Below the pieces are notes generated by a model, which was given only the letters and a program-made list of their open reading frames with translations, was not told the DNA's origin and ran no database searches. Shown in pieces: positions 1 to 9,090 of a DNA stretch of 64,000 bases. This DNA is from Rubrivivax sp. (GTDB taxonomy: Bacteria > Pseudomonadota > Gammaproteobacteria > Burkholderiales > Burkholderiaceae_C): positions 747 through 64,746 of the forward strand of contig JADJYX010000011.1 of the NCBI GenBank assembly GCA_016719535.1, written 5' to 3'. Within the stretch, counting starts at the first letter, position 1. Each line of letters starts with the position of its first letter. A program made the position numbers and the translations under genes.

Positions 1-287
1 GCGCGCAGCACGGGGTCGGCCGGGCGGGCGGCCGACAGCCGCGCCAGCCGCTCGGCGGCGTCTTCGATGGCGGCGTGGTCGCCGGCACCGGCCTCGTCGA
101 AGCGCGCCAGTGCGGCGGCCACCTCGGGGTCGGCCAGCTGGCTGGCGCCCGGCGCAGCGCCCGCCTGGGCCGCCGCCGGTGGGCTGGCCACGAGCACGGC
201 AGCCGACGTGACGGCCAGCAAGGTGGGCGGCAACAGCGCGTGCAGGCGGCGTGACGACGCGCGGATCGGGAAGGACGGGGTCTGCAT
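1..287 (-). CDS. Hypothetical exported protein, partial (runs off the window start)
   Basis: ATG at 287 preceded by a GAGGAG RBS. Translation MQTPSFPIRASSRRLHALLPPTLLAVTSAAVLVASPPAAAQA... looks like a signal peptide followed by a helical region. No stop before the window edge. Confidence 0.6.
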   Translation of the reverse strand, partial: MQTPSFPIRASSRRLHALLPPTLLAVTSAAVLVASPPAAAQAGAAPGASQLADPEVAAALARFDEAGAGDHAAIEDAAERLARLSAARPADPVLR

Positions 288-488
288 GGCGGCTCCTCGG
301 GGCTGGGATGCCGTGCATGCTGGCCATCGCCGCCGCCGCCGTCAGCGGCCGGGCGACGAAAGGCCGATGGGAGGTGTGAAGTGGCGGTGGGGGCGTGAAA
401 TGCGGAGCGGGATGGGGGCGGGGTGCTGGCAACTGCGGGCGCTTCACGCCCGGGGCTTGTGTGCCAGGACGATCGATCTCGCGGGTGG

Positions 489-1616
489 TCAGGGCCGCCG
501 GCCCGCCCGCCAGCGGCAAAGACCCCCGAGCAAGACGGCGAGCAGCAGCGACACGATCAAGAACCAGGCACCGAAGACAGCAAGGGCATAGCCGATGTCC
601 AGGGCATCACCGTCACCGAGCCGGAACTCGCGTTGCGCATCGTGCGCAAGCCCCAGAGACAGGGCGGCCGCGCCGGCCAGCGCGCCGCCTGCCAGCGCCA
701 GACACAGCCACCACCGGCAGCCGCGGCGTCGGGAATGCGGCTCGGCGCCGCCATCCTGGCCTGCCCCTTCCGTGTCCCAGGGCTGGGTGTCGTACAGCGC
801 CTGTACCCGGGCGCCGTAATGGTTGACCCGGGTGGCGTTGATGTTGTTGTAGAGGGTGGCCACATGCGACACCGGGGCGTCAGGCGGCAAATGCGCGCGG
901 ATGCGCAACAGCATCTCTGCGCCGGCCCGGATGTTGGGCTCTGCCTTCTCGAGATCGCTGCGTGATCCGAAGGTGTTGCCCCAGTAGGCGACATTGATGT
1001 TCATCGGCAGGATGGACTTGTTCCGGCCGATCGCCGAGAGCGGCGCATCGTAGTAGCCATGCGTCGTTTCCATGTACATGATGGCGCTGATCAGCCTGGC
1101 ATCGACGCCGGTGTCCCTGGCCACTCTGGCAATGGTGGCGCTGTGCCGGTTGACCGCCGAGAACGAGGACAGTTCGACCAGCGGTTTGCTCCCATCGGCC
1201 GCGCTGTTGTCGGCAATCTTGAACCAGCAGGTCGAGCGCTGGTCGACCATGGCCGCCTTGCGGCTGCCCGGCGGGCAGTCCGGCGCCTCCTCGCACAGGC
1301 CACCCGACAGCGGGTCCGGCAGGTAGACGACGCCGGGCCGGTCATCCTTGCTGAAGATGTAGTTGCGGCCGTCGGCTGTTCGCTTGCGGCAACCGACCTG
1401 GTGGTACAGGTACCAGTTGATCTCGGCAGGATCGCGGGTGCGGAAGTTGTAGAAGCAAAGATCGAGTGCCGACATGCCTTTCGACACGACTTCGCTGCGC
1501 GTGGCCAGCGTGAACCAGCTGTCGCCGTCGTTCACCTTGTGCTGCAGCGCGTCCGCAGGACGGTAGCCCAGCTCCGGCCTGGCTGGCTTCCTCTCGATCG
1601 CGTTGCCTGCGCCCAT
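489..1616 (-). CDS. LysM-like N-terminal domain + lytic transglycosylase (lysozyme-like) domain + C-terminal two-helix membrane segment
   Basis: Within ORF 489..1664; the ATG at 1616 has an AGGAGG RBS. HKVNDGDSWFTLA is a LysM-like start; SAIMYMETTHG (catalytic Glu position), NIRAGAEML and LYN match SLT motifs; two hydrophobic stretches at the C-terminus. Confidence 0.75.
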   Translation of the reverse strand: MGAGNAIERKPARPELGYRPADALQHKVNDGDSWFTLATRSEVVSKGMSALDLCFYNFRTRDPAEINWYLYHQVGCRKRTADGRNYIFSKDDRPGVVYLPDPLSGGLCEEAPDCPPGSRKAAMVDQRSTCWFKIADNSAADGSKPLVELSSFSAVNRHSATIARVARDTGVDARLISAIMYMETTHGYYDAPLSAIGRNKSILPMNINVAYWGNTFGSRSDLEKAEPNIRAGAEMLLRIRAHLPPDAPVSHVATLYNNINATRVNHYGARVQALYDTQPWDTEGAGQDGGAEPHSRRRGCRWWLCLALAGGALAGAAALSLGLAHDAQREFRLGDGDALDIGYALAVFGAWFLIVSLLLAVLLGGLCRWRAGRRP

Positions 1617-2237
1617 GATGCGGCCTCCTGCCGGATGCGCGGCCGTCGCGGGTGCGCCGGCCACCAGCCATGGTAGCCAGGTGCCGCGCGCTTGGCTGCA
1701 TCGACCGTCGCGGCGGGTCCCTCATCCTGTCGATCCGGACCGCGCGGCGTCGATCCGGACATCGCCCGCAGCCCGCTGGGGACGTCGGCGGCTGACGGTC
1801 GATGGGCTCGATGACCCCTGTGATCGCCCCCTTGAATGGAGGGGAAAGGTGTGGTCCACAACCTCGATCCAGCCAACGTCGATCCCGACATCCGAGGCCT
1901 GCACGCGAGCGTGGGCTCGACGAACGCCCCGCAGGATGGGCCCGGGCAGACCGCGCTGGCCGCTGCGGACGCTTGCCGTCTGCTGCTGACTTGCCAGCTC
2001 GAAGGTCGGGTGGTGTTGCGGTGGCCGTCGGGGTTCGGCGCGGCGATCGGCTGCTGCAGCGTGATGCGGCCGCACGGCCTGCCTGCGTCGCCGGCCGTTG
2101 CACGCCGCCTGAACGCGAAAGAGGGGCCCGGGCGGGTACTGGCTCCGCGGCGCGGTGACCAGGCCGTCGACGCCTGCGCCTCGAGGGGCGACCCGGTCAC
2201 CCAGGGTGCCTGGGCCCGGTGACCGCTCGTGCAGCGA

Positions 2238-2714
2238 TCAAGGCGTCCAGCGCATCAGCGTGGCGAGCAGGATCACGATGCCCAGGCCGAGGTTGATCGA
2301 GACCCACGTGCGGATGCGTGCCAGCGCCGCGCCACCGGCAGCCCATGCGGACGCCGCCACGGCGCGGTCGAGCTTGCGGTAGAGCACGAAGCGGATGTGC
2401 AGGAAGATCGCCACCATCACCACGCCCAGCACCGCCATGATGGTCCAGGCCAGCGGCATCTCGAAGCTGCCGCCCGACTGCACGACCTGCCTGGCCACGC
2501 GGCCCAGCATCCACACACCGCTGGCCAGCGTCAGCAGCGAGGCCGCCAGCACGGCCTGGAAGAAGCGGCCGAGCACGTCGTGCATCAGCCGCAGCCGCAG
2601 GGGCGCTTCGAGCGGGGCGACGGCCGGACGCAGGAAGAAATGCGCAAACACCATGCCACCGATCCACACGATGATGGACAGCAGGTGAAGGGTCTTGAGG
2701 GTTGCATCGATCAT
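2238..2714 (-). CDS. CopD/DUF4149-like four-helix membrane protein
   Basis: LHLLSIIVWIGGMVFAHFFLRP N-terminal motif and four hydrophobic segments. Confidence 0.75.
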   Translation of the reverse strand: MIDATLKTLHLLSIIVWIGGMVFAHFFLRPAVAPLEAPLRLRLMHDVLGRFFQAVLAASLLTLASGVWMLGRVARQVVQSGGSFEMPLAWTIMAVLGVVMVAIFLHIRFVLYRKLDRAVAASAWAAGGAALARIRTWVSINLGLGIVILLATLMRWTP

Positions 2715-2727
2715 CGAAAAGTCCCGT

Positions 2728-3333
2728 TCATATCAAAAACCAGTCCAGGATCCACGCGCTGCCCCAGGCCCATGCCACCAGCATCAGACCCGCGGTGGCA
2801 AACAGCGCCAGCCCCGCCATCGCCAGCCCCAGGACAAGCGCAACCCCATCGCGAAAGACCAGCCCCAGCCCGACGAGCATCAGCGCCAGCGCCGGCAGCA
2901 TGTTGCCGAAGGGAATCGGCAGCACGATGATGAGGGCCATCACCCCGATCGCAGCGGCGGTCCCTGACCGCGCGCGCGCGACTGCAAGGTGGCTCAGCCG
3001 GGCCCTGGCGAAGCGTCCGGCCATGGCATAGGCAGATGCCAGCATCCCCAGCACCCGCCGCGCCCAGTGGTGCGGCAACTCGAGTTCGGCCACCCGCCGG
3101 GGCAGGCAAGCGCAGGCGTGGCCGCGCCACATCGCCGCCGCCAGCGCCGCGATCCCCAGGCCGAGCACGGTGCCCACGCCCGGCACGGGCAGCAGGCAGG
3201 GCGCTGCCATCAGCAGCAGCAAGGTGCCGTGCGCCGCAGGCCCATGGGCCTGCCCCAGCGTTTGCATCGACACCCGCCCGGCGGGCAGGGCAGCGGCTGC
3301 TTCACGCAGCCGCTGCACGATGGATTCGGTCAT
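2728..3333 (-). CDS. exoD: ExoD-family (exopolysaccharide synthesis) membrane protein
   Basis: APCLLPVPGVGTVLG and LPIPFGNMLPALALMLVGLGLVFRDG are typical ExoD motifs. Confidence 0.85.
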   Translation of the reverse strand: MTESIVQRLREAAAALPAGRVSMQTLGQAHGPAAHGTLLLLMAAPCLLPVPGVGTVLGLGIAALAAAMWRGHACACLPRRVAELELPHHWARRVLGMLASAYAMAGRFARARLSHLAVARARSGTAAAIGVMALIIVLPIPFGNMLPALALMLVGLGLVFRDGVALVLGLAMAGLALFATAGLMLVAWAWGSAWILDWFLI

Positions 3334-3402
3334 GTCCTGCTTCCGTCGCTGCCCCGCCAGGCAGGGGTGGGATCGAGCCGTCTGTCGGGCGCGCCCATCG
3401 AT

Positions 3403-4488
3403 TCACGACACGGTTGTTGCGGCCGGACGGCGGATCATCACCACCACCAGGGTCACCACGGTCAAGGGCACGACGAAGCCGAGCATCACGCCGGAGAAGG
3501 CCTGCAGCGCGTCGTGCTGCTGCGCGGCCAGGATCAGGTAGGCCACGTAGGCCACGTAATAGCCGAGGAAGACGCCGCCTTCCCAGCGCGCAATCTCGCG
3601 GCCGCTGATGAAGACCGGCAGGCAGGCGAGTGCCACCGCCAGCATGACCCAGATGTCGAAGGCCAGCAGCGACGGTGCCACCAGCAGGCCCATGTCGCCC
3701 GACACCAGCCCCGACAAGCCCAGACAGCCCAGGATGTTGAAGGTGCTGCTGCCGACGACATTGCCGACCGCGATGTCGCGTTCCCCTTTGAGCGCGGCCG
3801 CGACGCTGGTGGCCACCTCGGGCATGCTGGTGCCCGCGGCGACGATGGTCAGGCCGATGACGAGGTCGCTCACGCCCAGGGCCCGGGCAAAACCGACCGC
3901 GGCCTGCACCAGGTAGTCCGAGCCGAACACCAGTGCGGCCAGGCCGACGGCGATGAGGCCGATCTGCACCGCCCAGTGGCTGTCCCAGGCGCCGACCGCG
4001 GCGGGCGCGACCGACCCTGCAAACTCGTCCTGGGCGGCCCGGGTCTCGCGTCGCGACTGCACGACCAGGAAGACGGTGTAGGCCAACAGCAGCGCAAACA
4101 GCAGTCCACCCTCCAGGAACGAGAGCTTGCCGTCGAGCGTCAAGGCCAGCAGCAGCAGGCTCGCGCCCAGCATGATCGGCACTTCCTGCCGGATCAGCTG
4201 GCTGTTGACCACCAGCGGCGCGATGAGGGCACTGATGCCCAGGATGAACAGCACGTTGAAGATGTTGCTGCCCACCACGTTGCCGATGCCGATGTCGGTC
4301 CTGCCGTCGAGCACGGCGCCGACGCTCACGGCAAGCTCGGGTGCACTGGTGCCGAAGGCGACGATGGTCAGCCCGACGACGAGCCGGCTGATGCCGAACG
4401 ACAGGGCCAGCCTGGACGCGCCGCGCACCAGCACGTTGGCGCCGATGACCAGCAGCATCAGGCCGCCCAGAAACATGAGCAGGTTCAC
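3403..4488 (-). CDS. Calcium/sodium antiporter (CaCA family, YrbG-like)
   Basis: Two alpha-repeats, GTSAPE...GNVVGSNIFN and GTSMPE...GNVVGSSTFN; GTG start. Confidence 0.93.
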   Translation of the reverse strand: MNLLMFLGGLMLLVIGANVLVRGASRLALSFGISRLVVGLTIVAFGTSAPELAVSVGAVLDGRTDIGIGNVVGSNIFNVLFILGISALIAPLVVNSQLIRQEVPIMLGASLLLLALTLDGKLSFLEGGLLFALLLAYTVFLVVQSRRETRAAQDEFAGSVAPAAVGAWDSHWAVQIGLIAVGLAALVFGSDYLVQAAVGFARALGVSDLVIGLTIVAAGTSMPEVATSVAAALKGERDIAVGNVVGSSTFNILGCLGLSGLVSGDMGLLVAPSLLAFDIWVMLAVALACLPVFISGREIARWEGGVFLGYYVAYVAYLILAAQQHDALQAFSGVMLGFVVPLTVVTLVVVMIRRPAATTVS

Positions 4489-4615
4489 GATCGGGCACCG
4501 TCACGGCAGCGATCTGGAAACCGCACAGCGGTCCGCAGCGGGGGCCATGGCGCCGTCACGGCATCCGATCGACGTGCTGCCGTCGCGTCGTGTCGGCCCG
4601 AGATGGGCCAAGCCG

Positions 4616-5032
4616 TCATGCGGCCGCCTGAGGGTGCGGCTGGGGAGGGCCGCCGCCGCCGCCGCGGCGGCGCCACATCGCAATCAGCAGGTGCAGGCCC
4701 GCCCCCAGCAGCACGAGCAGCACGCTGCCGAAGCCCCAGATCGCCCAGGCCAGCACGCTCAGGCCGCCAGCCAGTGCCGGCGCGGCCTGAAGCAGACCGT
4801 CGACAGCCTGTGCCAGGACAGCCAGCAGCGACGTCATCGCCTGCACGATCTCCGGTGGCGCCCAGGCGGCCAGCCAGTCCGGCAGACGAAGGTCTCCGGC
4901 GCCCGCTGCGGCGCCCGTCAACGCGCCGGCGTTGGAGACCGTCCATGCGGCGACGGCATGCAGCGCCCAGGCTGTCACCGACCAGAGCGCCAGCAGGCTG
5001 AACACCACGAACCAGCTGAGTGCGTAGAACAT
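4616..5032 (-). CDS. Hypothetical membrane protein divergent from the NhaR-like regulator
   Basis: 138-aa ORF with N- and C-terminal hydrophobic helices (MFYALSWFVVFSLLALW...; WAIWGFGSVLLVLLG). Confidence 0.7.
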   Translation of the reverse strand: MFYALSWFVVFSLLALWSVTAWALHAVAAWTVSNAGALTGAAAGAGDLRLPDWLAAWAPPEIVQAMTSLLAVLAQAVDGLLQAAPALAGGLSVLAWAIWGFGSVLLVLLGAGLHLLIAMWRRRGGGGGPPQPHPQAAA

Positions 5033-5120
5033 GATCGATTCCCTTTTTGATGAACGATGGCGGGCGCGATTCTTCCCCTGCTCAGGATTCGAACAAACCA
5101 GCGTCAGACAGACATAGACT

Positions 5121-5135
5121 TCGGACTTTCCGATG
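5121..5135. promoter_or_regulatory. Candidate LysR (T-N11-A) binding site TCGG-ACTTT-CCGA
   Basis: Dyad-symmetric 13-mer between the divergent genes, just upstream of the LysR start; a related core recurs at 9219-9233 and 2712-2726. Confidence 0.4.
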
Positions 5136-5145
5136 TGGAGCGGCC

Positions 5146-6027
5146 GTGCTCAACTACCGCCATCTGTACTACTTCTGGGTCGTCACCAAGGAAGGCGGGT
5201 TCGCCCGTGCCGCCGAACGGCTGGACATGGCGGTGCAGACCATCAGTGCGCAGGTGCGCGAGCTCGAGAAGGCGCTCGGCCACCAGCTGCTCAAGCCCGC
5301 CGGCCGCGGCGTCGCCTTGACCGAGCCGGGCCAGGCCGCCTTCGCCCGCGCCGAGGAGATCTTTCAGCTCGGCCAGCTGATCCCCGACGAAGTGCGGGAG
5401 GCGGCCAGTGGCAAGGTTGCCCGCCTGGCCGTCGGCCTGTCGGACGGCATTTCCAAGCTGGCCGCGCATGCGCTGCTGGAGTCCGTGCTCGCCACGCCCT
5501 CGTTGCGTCTGGTCTGTCACGAAGGCGAGTTCGAGCAACTCCTGGCCGAACTGGCGCTGCATCACCTGGACCTGGTGCTGGCCGGCCAACCGGCACCGCG
5601 CAACCCCAACCTTCGCCTGACGAGCGAACGGCTGGTCGAATCGCCGGTCGACTGGTATGGGCCCGCCGCCCATGTGCACAAGGCCGATGTGGACCGGTTT
5701 CCGCAATCGCTCGACCGTCTGCCCGTGCTGTTGCCGACCGGCCACTCGGCGCTGCGCCCCACCCTCGATCGCTGGTTCGAGGCCCACGGCTTGCGGCCGC
5801 ACGTCGTCGGCGAGTTCGAGGACAGCGCGCTGATGGCGGTATTTTCCGCGCGCGGGCTGGGCGTATTCCCGGTCAGCCGCCTGGGTGCAAGCGACGTGGG
5901 CCTGATGCGGGGACTGCGCCTGCTCGGGCGCTGCGACGGCGTGAAGGACGAGATCCACGCCATCCGCTCACGCCGCGGACAGCACCACCCGCTGGTGCTG
6001 CAGGTCATCGCCGCGGCGCGCGCCTGA
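5146..6027 (+). CDS. nhaR: NhaR-like LysR family transcriptional regulator
   Basis: GTG start after GGAG; LNYRHLYYFWVVTKEGG HTH; LALHHLDLVLA and VGEFEDSALM motifs characteristic of NhaR. Confidence 0.85.
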   Translation: MLNYRHLYYFWVVTKEGGFARAAERLDMAVQTISAQVRELEKALGHQLLKPAGRGVALTEPGQAAFARAEEIFQLGQLIPDEVREAASGKVARLAVGLSDGISKLAAHALLESVLATPSLRLVCHEGEFEQLLAELALHHLDLVLAGQPAPRNPNLRLTSERLVESPVDWYGPAAHVHKADVDRFPQSLDRLPVLLPTGHSALRPTLDRWFEAHGLRPHVVGEFEDSALMAVFSARGLGVFPVSRLGASDVGLMRGLRLLGRCDGVKDEIHAIRSRRGQHHPLVLQVIAAARA

Positions 6028-6037
6028 GCTCGCGCGT

Positions 6038-6472
6038 TCAGGCGGCCTGCGGGTCGGCAGCGAGCAGGCTGTCTGCCTGTGCTTCGTCGCCGATGCCCCA
6101 ATGGCGGCGGGCAGCCGACAGTACCAGCGCTTCGCCGTCGGCCAGATGGCGGTCGGCGCGCGCGGCCGCGACCGCGAGCCGCAGCACCCGGCGCTGCAGC
6201 CCCGGCTCGTCCACCTCGGCCAGCAGCGACGCCAGCACGCCGTCGTCCACGCTGGCCATCATCGACCCACCGGCATGGGCACCCAACAGGAGGTCCTCGC
6301 ACAGCGACTGGACGATGTGCGGCATGCCGTCGGCCGCCAGTCCCAGCTGGCGCGGCCCGTCGAGCTGATTCCAGGCATCGAATTCCGACCGGCAGACATG
6401 GCCGTCGGCGATGAGGACGATGGCCACGATGCGTGCAGCGGCTTCCGGGCTGTTGCGGGGGTAGGAGCGCAT
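6038..6472 (-). CDS. TerB-family (tellurite resistance-like) protein
   Basis: MRSYPRNSPEAAARIVAIVLIADGHVCRSE ... ADRHLADGE pattern of TerB-like proteins. Confidence 0.75.
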   Translation of the reverse strand: MRSYPRNSPEAAARIVAIVLIADGHVCRSEFDAWNQLDGPRQLGLAADGMPHIVQSLCEDLLLGAHAGGSMMASVDDGVLASLLAEVDEPGLQRRVLRLAVAAARADRHLADGEALVLSAARRHWGIGDEAQADSLLAADPQAA

Positions 6473-6656
6473 GGCGTTGTCTTCCTGTCGTGAGGGGTTG
6501 GGGTGTCGGGCCGGTCAGTTGCACCGGCGGCGGCGGTGCTGCAGGCCTGTGACATGCGGCTGCGCGGCCCGGACCGTGAGTCGCTGGTCAGCCACGAAGG
6601 GCTGGAGGGGCCGGCCGCGATGTCGTGTGGGCATGGCTGAATGTGAATCCGCTGTG

Positions 6657-6705
6657 GATTCTGAAAAAGCAGAATCTCCGTGACCCGACATTCGGCTAAA
6701 CCGAA
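6657..6705. promoter_or_regulatory. Two adjacent inverted repeats upstream of terB (GATTCTG-N6-CAGAATC; TTCGG-N5-CCGAA)
   Basis: Perfect 7-bp arms at 6657-6663 and 6670-6676; T-N11-A dyad at 6692-6704. Confidence 0.4.
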
Positions 6706-6756
6706 CTTCCGGACAACCCGGTGCCACCGCTGCACGGGGCCGGGAGCGCGCACGCT

Positions 6757-7557
6757 TCAGGCCCGGGCCGGGTGGACTGTGCTGACCACGGTGCGGACAA
6801 AGGCCCGGGCGCCTCGCGCGTAGTCCCACTGCTCGATGAGGCAGCCGCCCTGGGGTGCGACCGCGCCCTGCCAGCGCAGCAGGTTGACCGAATTCGGAAC
6901 GCCCTCGCGCACCCGCGACGAGACGGCCGTTCCTGCCTGCACCGCCCACATCGGTCGTGCCAGGCCGTGCAGCGCCTGCACGTAGGGCAGATGGATGTGC
7001 CCGCCCATGACGAGGTCGGCACCGGCGGCAGCCCAGCGCCGCAATGCGGCGGCATGGCCGCGCAGGCGGTTCGATGCGTCTTCCGCCCGTGTCACGGCCA
7101 CGGGCTGGTGCACCACCACCACGCGCAACTGGCCGGCCGCGGCGCCCGCCAGCAGCCGCGCCACGCGGTCGACCTGAGGCCCGGAGATCTCGCCATGCTT
7201 GTGGCGCCAGACCCGCGTGGTGTTGACGCACACCACCATCAGGTCGGGCGCGCAGTGCACGGGTTCGAGGTCGTCACCAAAGGCCGCGATGTATCGCCCG
7301 TAGGGACGGCGCAGGCGTGCCCACGGCTCGAACAGCGGCAGGTCGTGGTTGCCCGGAACGGCCAGCACCGGCACGCGCAGGCGGTCCGTGAAGGCGCGGG
7401 CCGCGCGGAACTGCGCCGGCCGTGCGCGCTGCGTGATGTCGCCCGACAGCACGAGCAGATCGGGCTGCTGCTGGCGCGCCAGCATGACCAGCGCTTCGAC
7501 GACCTCCGCTTGCTCGGTGCCGAAGTGCGGGTCCGAGATCTGCAGCAGGATGCTCAC
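6757..7557 (-). CDS. Calcineurin-like metallophosphoesterase
   Basis: ISDPHFG, SGDITQ, PGNHD and GGHIH metal-binding motifs. Confidence 0.92.
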   Translation of the reverse strand: MSILLQISDPHFGTEQAEVVEALVMLARQQQPDLLVLSGDITQRARPAQFRAARAFTDRLRVPVLAVPGNHDLPLFEPWARLRRPYGRYIAAFGDDLEPVHCAPDLMVVCVNTTRVWRHKHGEISGPQVDRVARLLAGAAAGQLRVVVVHQPVAVTRAEDASNRLRGHAAALRRWAAAGADLVMGGHIHLPYVQALHGLARPMWAVQAGTAVSSRVREGVPNSVNLLRWQGAVAPQGGCLIEQWDYARGARAFVRTVVSTVHPARA

Positions 7558-8564
7558 CCGCCAGCCCCTGCAGTGTCGGACGCGGGGTCGGGCGTGGTGC
7601 CGGCGGCGGTGTCATCGCGCTGCGGCATCAGCAGGTACAGGGGCCTGGCGAGCACGCGAAAGTCGAGCGGCGCGCGCATCGTCGCCACCTCACCGTCGAA
7701 GGCCACCTTGACCCTGCGGCGGCCAGGCGCCAGCGTGGGTCTGACCACCATGTGGTCGAACTCGAAGTGCTCCACGCTCTGCGCTTCACCGAGCGTGCCC
7801 ATGGCGCCGCGCAGCATCAGTGCGATCATCGACAGCGTGCCGACCGGCCGCAGCATGACGGCGGTGATGCGACCACCTGCCGGGCCGCTGTCAGGGTGCT
7901 GCTGCGGCGGCAACCCGAGTTGGTCCAGCTGCAGCCGGTTGTTGCCCACGAAGAGGGTCAGGGTCCGCACATCGCGCACCGATGCGCCCTGTTCGATGTG
8001 CAGGCGCAGCTGCCGCTGCGCGCGCAGCAAGGTGGCGCCGGCGGCCCAGAACGCCACCCACCGGCTGCGTCCGAAGCGCGCCTTGTACGCCTCGCGGTCT
8101 TCCAGCAGATCGGGGTAGAGCCCGACGCTGGCATTGACCAGGAAGATGCGCTCGTTGATGCCGGCCACCTGCACCGGAGCCGGCGCCGAATGCAGCAGCA
8201 GACGGACCGCGGCGGTCGGGTCGGCGGGAATGCCATGCGTGCGGGCGAAGTAGTTGAACGTGCCCTGTGGCACCACCCCCATGGCGCAGCCGGCAGCGTG
8301 CGCGGCCTGCGCCACCGCATTGAGCGTGCCGTCGCCACCGACGGCGACCACGGCCGTGCGCGTGGCGACGGCCCTGGCCGCAGCCTGGTGCGCCACGCCG
8401 GCCAGCGCGGCGGGGCTGCAGAAGCGCAGGTTGCCGCAGCGTCCGTCGGCCCGCAGCGCGGCTTCGATGAGGTCGCGCTTTTCCTGCGCGACGCTGCTGC
8501 CCGCAGCCGCATTGATGACGAACTGCAGCGGTGCGGCGGGATCGAGTTCGGGGCCAGGGGTCAT
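7554..8564 (-). CDS. Diacylglycerol kinase family (YegS-like) lipid kinase
   Basis: FVINAAAG, VAVGGDGT and PQGTFNYFAR motifs; 4-nt overlap with the phosphoesterase gene. Confidence 0.9.
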   Translation of the reverse strand: MTPGPELDPAAPLQFVINAAAGSSVAQEKRDLIEAALRADGRCGNLRFCSPAALAGVAHQAAARAVATRTAVVAVGGDGTLNAVAQAAHAAGCAMGVVPQGTFNYFARTHGIPADPTAAVRLLLHSAPAPVQVAGINERIFLVNASVGLYPDLLEDREAYKARFGRSRWVAFWAAGATLLRAQRQLRLHIEQGASVRDVRTLTLFVGNNRLQLDQLGLPPQQHPDSGPAGGRITAVMLRPVGTLSMIALMLRGAMGTLGEAQSVEHFEFDHMVVRPTLAPGRRRVKVAFDGEVATMRAPLDFRVLARPLYLLMPQRDDTAAGTTPDPASDTAGAGG

Positions 8565-8595
8565 GGGCCGTCGGGACAGGTCGTGGCGAACGACT

Positions 8596-9090
8596 TCAAT
8601 CGCGGTGCAGCAGCTCACCGAAGAGGGTGTGCTCACCCCCCTTGCGATCGGCGCCGGGTGCGTCGTACAGGACGAGCCAACTTGCCTTGCCGCCCGCCAG
8701 CGCCGGTGGCAGAACGCAAATCGCCGCGGCGCGGGTGCTGCCGCGTCCGTGCGGCCGCGAGACCGACCCGGTCGGCGACGCCTCGAAACACACCGTGTCG
8801 CGGTTGGCTGCCAGCAGCGGCCGGGCCGCGGGCCACCCGAAGACGAGGGTCTCGCCGTTCGGCGCCATCGTCGGATCCGCCGGAATGCACAGGTCATCAG
8901 CGCAGAAGTGCAGATCGCTCACGACCAGGCCGTCGAGCTGCAGGCAGTGCTCGCCGTCGCGCGCGCAGGCGTCGGCGCCAGCCACCCTGAGCCCGTCGCC
9001 GGTGAGGGCCGCGCCCGACAGGTTGGCCCGGGCCAGTGAGCCGGGCGCGAATTGCAGGCGGACGGCATGGGCCGTTCGGGCATGGGGCAT
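8596..9090 (-). CDS. Hypothetical protein (164 aa)
   Basis: Globular-looking part of ORF 8596..9375 from MPHARTAHAVRLQF; co-oriented with the kinase gene; no family recognised. Confidence 0.55.
   Translation of the reverse strand: MPHARTAHAVRLQFAPGSLARANLSGAALTGDGLRVAGADACARDGEHCLQLDGLVVSDLHFCADDLCIPADPTMAPNGETLVFGWPAARPLLAANRDTVCFEASPTGSVSRPHGRGSTRAAAICVLPPALAGGKASWLVLYDAPGADRKGGEHTLFGELLHRD

Noticed and set aside
6515-6634. Small ORF or leader peptide upstream of terB (MPTRHRGR... or the WLTSDSRS frame)
   Set aside because: No RBS or motif support that I can verify; too short to call without homology.
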